Positions 25,665 through 30,169 of a stretch of DNA of 30,169 nt are shown piece by piece (within the stretch, counting starts at the first letter, position 1; every line of letters begins with the position of its first letter). Under the pieces are notes generated by a model. That model was not told the origin of the DNA, searched no databases, and was given only the letters and a program-made list of their open reading frames with translations. Position numbers and translations under genes: made by a program. The stretch is from Pseudomonadota bacterium (GTDB taxonomy: Bacteria > Myxococcota > JACRCW01 > JAFGSX01), in the NCBI GenBank assembly GCA_043821645.1, contig JBDRCO010000048.1, forward strand, positions 1-30,169, written 5' to 3'.

Positions 25665-26923
25665 AGCGCACACACCACCGACCGGTGCATTCCACGCTCG
25701 GCCTGCTCATCCCTGTCTCCCTGACCCTCGCACTCGCACTGACCACGGGTACCTGCGTCCCCATGCCTGGCGATCCCGGTGAGCCCTGTCACACGAAGTT
25801 CGGCTGCGGTGATCTGACAGTGTGCGTTCCCAGGGACGGCGTCGGCGTTTGTGTTCTCGTCGTCGAGGTCTGCGGCAAGGACTGCGAGGCCGGACAGCAC
25901 TGCGATCCCGAGACCAAGAAGTGCGTCACGCCTGTCACGGTCTGCAGCGAGGGAGAGACCCGCGCCTGCGGCACGTGTCAGGACGGCCTGGAGACCTGCC
26001 ACGACGGCCAGTGGGAAGCCTGCGAGGGCGCGAGTGCCGGGGTCGAGATCCCCTGCGACAACAATGACAACGACTGCGATGGAGTGGCCGACGAGGACTC
26101 GTGCTCCGGGAGCTACGCGCTATCCTGTGACACCGGCCGCGGCCTGTGCCAGAGCACCGACGACGGCAGCTGTGGCTACCTGGCACGCGGCCCCGAGGAC
26201 GGGAGCGCCGCGCGAATGTGCCTGGTGAGCGGGGGTAACTTCCAGCTCGGCGAGCCTGCCCAGCAGACCTCGCTCGATACCTTCCTGCTCGATCGCGACG
26301 AGGTCACCAACGCGCGCTACCTCGCCTACTACCTGGCGCTGAATAGCAGTCCGACCATGCAGCACCAGGCCCTGCCCACTTGCTCGCCCGACAGTCTGGG
26401 CAAATCCTGGACCGAGACGGCCCCCTACCATCCAAATGGCCTCGCGGATCACCCCGTCACCTGCGTCAGCGAGTCCCAGGCCGCGGCATTCTGCCTCTGG
26501 GCTGGCAAGCGCCTTCCCGTCGAGAAGGAGTGGGAGGCCGCGGCTGCCGGAGAGAATGGCTTAACCTTCCCCTGGGGAGACAGCTTCATCAATGGCCGCG
26601 CCAACTGCATGGACGCGTCCTGTCACGATGTCTACACCCTCGACACCTGCGTGCAGGGACTCACCACCTGCCCGGACACGGCACCGGTGGAGAGGCTGAG
26701 CGAGGCGCCCGTCGACGGCAGGTCTCCCTTTGGCCTGACCCACATGGCGGGCAATGTCGCCGAGTGGACAGCTGCGATCGGCGCCAACGCCGCGGCCAAG
26801 GGCGGCAGCTTCGACGACGTGTCGGCGACCCTCCGCCACTGGGAGCGCGACTGGCGCCTGGCGGACGCCGAGCTCCCCACCATTGGCTTCCGTTGCGCAC
26901 TCACGCCGCCCCTGGGCCAGTGA
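25661..26923 (+). CDS. FGE-sulfatase (SUMF1/EgtB/PvdO) domain protein with N-terminal Cys-rich and MopE-like metal-binding repeat
   Basis: FLLDRDEVTNARY, HPVTCVS, AAAFCLWAGKRLPVEKEWEAAA, FPWG, SPFGLTHMAGNVAEW, KGGSF and IGFRCA. EIPCDNNDNDCDGVADE repeat. GAGGAGG RBS. Confidence 0.9.
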   Translation: MKRTHHRPVHSTLGLLIPVSLTLALALTTGTCVPMPGDPGEPCHTKFGCGDLTVCVPRDGVGVCVLVVEVCGKDCEAGQHCDPETKKCVTPVTVCSEGETRACGTCQDGLETCHDGQWEACEGASAGVEIPCDNNDNDCDGVADEDSCSGSYALSCDTGRGLCQSTDDGSCGYLARGPEDGSAARMCLVSGGNFQLGEPAQQTSLDTFLLDRDEVTNARYLAYYLALNSSPTMQHQALPTCSPDSLGKSWTETAPYHPNGLADHPVTCVSESQAAAFCLWAGKRLPVEKEWEAAAAGENGLTFPWGDSFINGRANCMDASCHDVYTLDTCVQGLTTCPDTAPVERLSEAPVDGRSPFGLTHMAGNVAEWTAAIGANAAAKGGSFDDVSATLRHWERDWRLADAELPTIGFRCALTPPLGQ

Positions 26924-26952
26924 CAGGCCAACCGAGACCGAGAGGAGATCCG

Positions 26953-27588
26953 ATGAAGTACGTCATACAAGGCTTTGCCATCCTCGTCCTGCTCGCCGTG
27001 GGTCTGTGGGTGATGTGGCCGTCAGCGGACCCGGCCCGGACCGGCGACACGGACAAGGGCCTGACCGCGAGTGCGAATCTTCCGGGCGCAGACATCGCGC
27101 CGCCGGATCCCAGCAAACCCGTCGACACCATGGACCCGGCACTGCGCGCCAAGCTGCTCGCGGCTCTGGCTGCGCGCGTGGCCCAGGCCCAGGCGCAGCG
27201 CGCCACCGCACCGGACGCCACCGCGAGCGAGCCACCGCCACCGCGCAGTCCCGAGTGGAAACGCGAGCTCAAGGGCTTTCTCAAGAGCAGCTCGCGCGAG
27301 CTTCAACCACTGGTTCTTGGCTGCGTGTCCACGGCGCTGAAAAAGAATCCGGACCTGGGCAGCTCGGGCGGCTCGGTCAAGCTGCACCTGCAGGGCTCAC
27401 CGGGCCTGGGCACGGTGGTGTCCCAGGTCGAGCTGGTCGGACCCCAGGGCGCCATCGATGCGCCGGAGCTCAGAAGCTGCATCGAGGAGAAATCGTTCTT
27501 CATGCGCATGAGCGCCACCGCACCTGCGGGTACCGACGAGGGCGGACCCACCGTGCTCGGCTTTCCGCTCATGATCCCTGGCCGCTGA
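26953..27588 (+). CDS. Membrane-anchored protein with AgmX/PglI C-terminal (TonB_C-like) domain
   Basis: GAGGAG RBS, N-terminal TM helix, Pro/Ala linker, then LQPLVLGCVSTALKKNPDL.G.VKL...ELRSCI two-Cys pattern. Confidence 0.68.
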   Translation: MKYVIQGFAILVLLAVGLWVMWPSADPARTGDTDKGLTASANLPGADIAPPDPSKPVDTMDPALRAKLLAALAARVAQAQAQRATAPDATASEPPPPRSPEWKRELKGFLKSSSRELQPLVLGCVSTALKKNPDLGSSGGSVKLHLQGSPGLGTVVSQVELVGPQGAIDAPELRSCIEEKSFFMRMSATAPAGTDEGGPTVLGFPLMIPGR

Positions 27589-27597
27589 CGGCCACCC

Positions 27598-30169
27598 TCA
27601 GAACTCGACGGTCCCCACCGTGAAGGTCTCCTTGCGGTCGGTCAGACGCAGGGTGACGCTCTTCTTCTGCTCGTTGGGCCTGCCGTAGTTTGTGTAGATG
27701 TCCAGCTGCAAGGTCACGGCGCCAATCATGGACTGGGCACTGGATCCAAAGAAGTTGGTCTGCACCGTGTACTCGCCGTGCATGGCCTTCTTGAGCACGT
27801 ACTCCTCCGGACCGTAGCCCTGTGTGAAGTCGCGGGACACCAGGCCACCGATCGTGGTGCGGTTGTGGCCGTAGTAAGCCTTCTCGCCCGACGGCTCGAT
27901 CACCCACAGGTCCATGTCGGTCAGGTCCGCGTCCCAGGTCATGACGATGCGGGTGTCCACGTCGAGGTTCTTGATCAGGCGCGGGTCCAGGGGAATCTGC
28001 GTCACGCCCTTCTTCTTCGCCCGCGGGATCATCCGATTCAGCTCCATCAGCGCGATCACCTCGATCTCGTCGAAGCGGTCCCAGCGGTTCATGACGACAT
28101 GCGTGAGCAGCTCCAGGGCGCGCGGGTAGTCCTCGAGCTCGCCGAGCACCAGCGCCAGGTCGCGATAGGATTGCGGTTCCTCGGGGCGCAGGCGCAGCAC
28201 ATCCTCGAAGGCCTGGGCAGCCAGCCTGAGCTCACCCAGCTGGGCCAGGCGATGCGCCAGCACGCGCAGCAGGGGCGCGTCCTCGAGCTCGATCTCCGCG
28301 ATGTTGGTCAGGACACGCAGGGCCACCGTCGGTTGCTTCTCGCGATAGAAGAAGTCAGCGCAATCCAGGAAGAATGCCGGCGAGCTGCCATGCTTCTCGC
28401 GCAGTGACAGGTACGCGCGATACCTGTCCCTGGCCGGCTTGGCCTGCAGCTCTCTGAGGTAGGGTGTATCTGGCTGCCAGGGCGCGAGGGCAATGGCAGC
28501 CTGGGGACCCGCCGCCACCCCGTCGCCATCCTTCTTCTCCTTGGCCTTGCCTTCCGCTTCCCCACCCTCGCCCCTGGCCAGGCGCGCCGGCGCCTCCTCC
28601 ATGGCACGCGACTCCATGTCAGGCGCAGGTGACGACGGTGCCATGTCCGCCATCGCCGGCGCTGCGCGTGGCTGGGCGAGGGACTTCTTGCTGGACTCCT
28701 CGCCGTAGCGAAAGTTCTTGGGATACTTGTAGACCGCCTCCCACCACTGAACACGCTGCTGCCACAGCTCGAGGATGCGCGTCAGCTTCTCCTGCTTCTG
28801 CTGCTCCTCGAGGCTGCGCTGCTGTGCCGCCTGTGCCAGGTACTGCGTGCGCATCTCGGGCAAGGACGCGGGCGGCTCGATCTGGTGTGTCACGTACTGG
28901 TCCAGAGACTCGAGCACGATGAGCGAGGTGGCGGGCGTGACCAGGCCGAAGCGCTTACCCAGGGCCACCATGGCCTCGCGATTGCGCTTGGGTGACACCA
29001 GAAGCTCGCCGAGCTGCTGCTGTGCCCAGAATCTCGTCAGCAAGGTTCCCTTCACGGCGCTCTTGCGCTCGACGACGACCTTGTCCTCGCGCAGCACCTT
29101 GCCAGCCACGCCATAACGAATGGCCAGTTGCGCGCGCTGTCCACGAAGCTGACCGCTCAGGGCAAAGGCCCCCTGCACGGGCGTCGAGGTCCGGGGATAC
29201 ACATGCCCCACATCCACCGCGGGGGCCTCGGAGGACAGAAAGGAGAAGGTCGCCACGCCGATGGCGCCCAGGACGTCCTTCATCGCGACCCGATCCAGGT
29301 TGAACTGCTGGCCGCCGCTCGCCCGCGCGATCTGATCGAGCAGGGCCGTGTTGTTGCCCGAACCGACGCTGATGGCGTACAGGGGGGCCTTGAAACCCTG
29401 CGCCAGCTCGCTGCCTATGTTGGACAGGCCGTCGCTGAAGAGCAGGTACAGGTCGGGTGACGCCTGGCCAACGGGCGGTGCCATGGAAGAAAGCTGGGTA
29501 CCTCCGTCGTACACGATCTCGCGCAGCGCTACGAGCAGAGCCTTGCTGTCTCCGCGCTCCACCGTGAAACGCTGCGCTTTTTCTGTCGCGTAATGAAACG
29601 GGACGAGTTCAACCTCGACACGACCAGGTAGGCTGGCGAGGTACTTTTGCAGGAACTCCAGCTCGCGCGCATGATCCCCGGTCCCCCGGGAGCGCGAGAC
29701 ATCCCAGAGCACCGTCATCCGGCGCGGCACGATGGCCCTGCGCGCAGCCACATCGCGAGGATCGGACACGGCGCTGCGCACGCAGAACACGACCTGGCCT
29801 TCGGGATTCTCCTCGACCAGAACCTGGGAGCCCGGGCGCGCGGGCACATCGACCACGAGCTGCGCGCTGACCCCGCCCTTGCGCAGGGTGGTCGCGGCCA
29901 GGTAACTCGACCCCGACTTCTTGAAGCTCAGCTTGGGACCAGACCAGCTCGACGAGGGAGCACCCTCAGCGCCCTGGACCTCGACCCGCAGGTTCAGCTC
30001 CTCCAGGTCCTTTCCCGTCGCCACTGGCAGCAGGTAGCGTAGCCCCGAGGCGCTCTGGGCCAGCTCGCTCACGTAGCGCACGCGCACCGTCCGCGTCCCC
30101 TTGGGAGGCAGCGGGTAGACCCGGGTCCTGAAGTTGTTGCCCTTGGTCCATTCGATGAGGCCCGGATCG
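27598..30169 (-). CDS. VIT / vWA-like / TPR / DUF2135 (YfaP-like) protein, 5'-truncated by the window edge
   Basis: The frame is open to the window end (DPGLIEWTKGNNFRTRVYPLP, end of VIT). MIDAS-like VLWDVSRS, YDGGT and LLFSDG; TSLIVLESLDQYV; TPR (LRPEEPQSYRDLA); C-terminal DMDLWVIEPSGE...DFTQGYGPEEY. Confidence 0.9.
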   Translation of the reverse strand, partial: DPGLIEWTKGNNFRTRVYPLPPKGTRTVRVRYVSELAQSASGLRYLLPVATGKDLEELNLRVEVQGAEGAPSSSWSGPKLSFKKSGSSYLAATTLRKGGVSAQLVVDVPARPGSQVLVEENPEGQVVFCVRSAVSDPRDVAARRAIVPRRMTVLWDVSRSRGTGDHARELEFLQKYLASLPGRVEVELVPFHYATEKAQRFTVERGDSKALLVALREIVYDGGTQLSSMAPPVGQASPDLYLLFSDGLSNIGSELAQGFKAPLYAISVGSGNNTALLDQIARASGGQQFNLDRVAMKDVLGAIGVATFSFLSSEAPAVDVGHVYPRTSTPVQGAFALSGQLRGQRAQLAIRYGVAGKVLREDKVVVERKSAVKGTLLTRFWAQQQLGELLVSPKRNREAMVALGKRFGLVTPATSLIVLESLDQYVTHQIEPPASLPEMRTQYLAQAAQQRSLEEQQKQEKLTRILELWQQRVQWWEAVYKYPKNFRYGEESSKKSLAQPRAAPAMADMAPSSPAPDMESRAMEEAPARLARGEGGEAEGKAKEKKDGDGVAAGPQAAIALAPWQPDTPYLRELQAKPARDRYRAYLSLREKHGSSPAFFLDCADFFYREKQPTVALRVLTNIAEIELEDAPLLRVLAHRLAQLGELRLAAQAFEDVLRLRPEEPQSYRDLALVLGELEDYPRALELLTHVVMNRWDRFDEIEVIALMELNRMIPRAKKKGVTQIPLDPRLIKNLDVDTRIVMTWDADLTDMDLWVIEPSGEKAYYGHNRTTIGGLVSRDFTQGYGPEEYVLKKAMHGEYTVQTNFFGSSAQSMIGAVTLQLDIYTNYGRPNEQKKSVTLRLTDRKETFTVGTVEF

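Noticed and set aside
21182-26923. Diversity-generating retroelement (DUF1566 and FGE domains are common DGR targets)
   Set aside because: No reverse transcriptase and no template/variable repeat pair differing at adenines is visible in the window.

Overview
High-GC bacterial genomic window with a Myxococcota-like gene content (Cys-rich lipoproteins, AsmA protein with a Lys/Ala tail, AgmX/PglI-like and TolB_N/CsgG-like proteins, VIT-DUF2135 protein); the taxonomy is inferred, not shown. I can support about 20 protein-coding genes. I see no rRNA, tRNA, CRISPR array, transposase or integrase. The most interesting part is a co-oriented four-gene block at 15380-21159. (i) A 1342-aa dikinase whose phospho-His motif lies before a C-terminal ATP-grasp domain. 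This is the order of plant/algal alpha-glucan water dikinases, not of PEP synthase, PPDK or rifampicin phosphotransferase. (ii) A standalone SCP2 protein. (iii) A signal-less protein-glutamine deamidase with an intact Cys-His-Asp triad. (iv) An 83-aa gene that resembles the inhibitory pro-domain of protein glutaminases but is encoded separately downstream, like an immunity gene. Both enzymes start with a similar MTTI[NS]-Thr-rich N-terminus, which suggests two tandem effector/partner pairs. All homology calls come from motifs recognised by eye and reference sequences recalled from memory; they need profile or structure searches to confirm.
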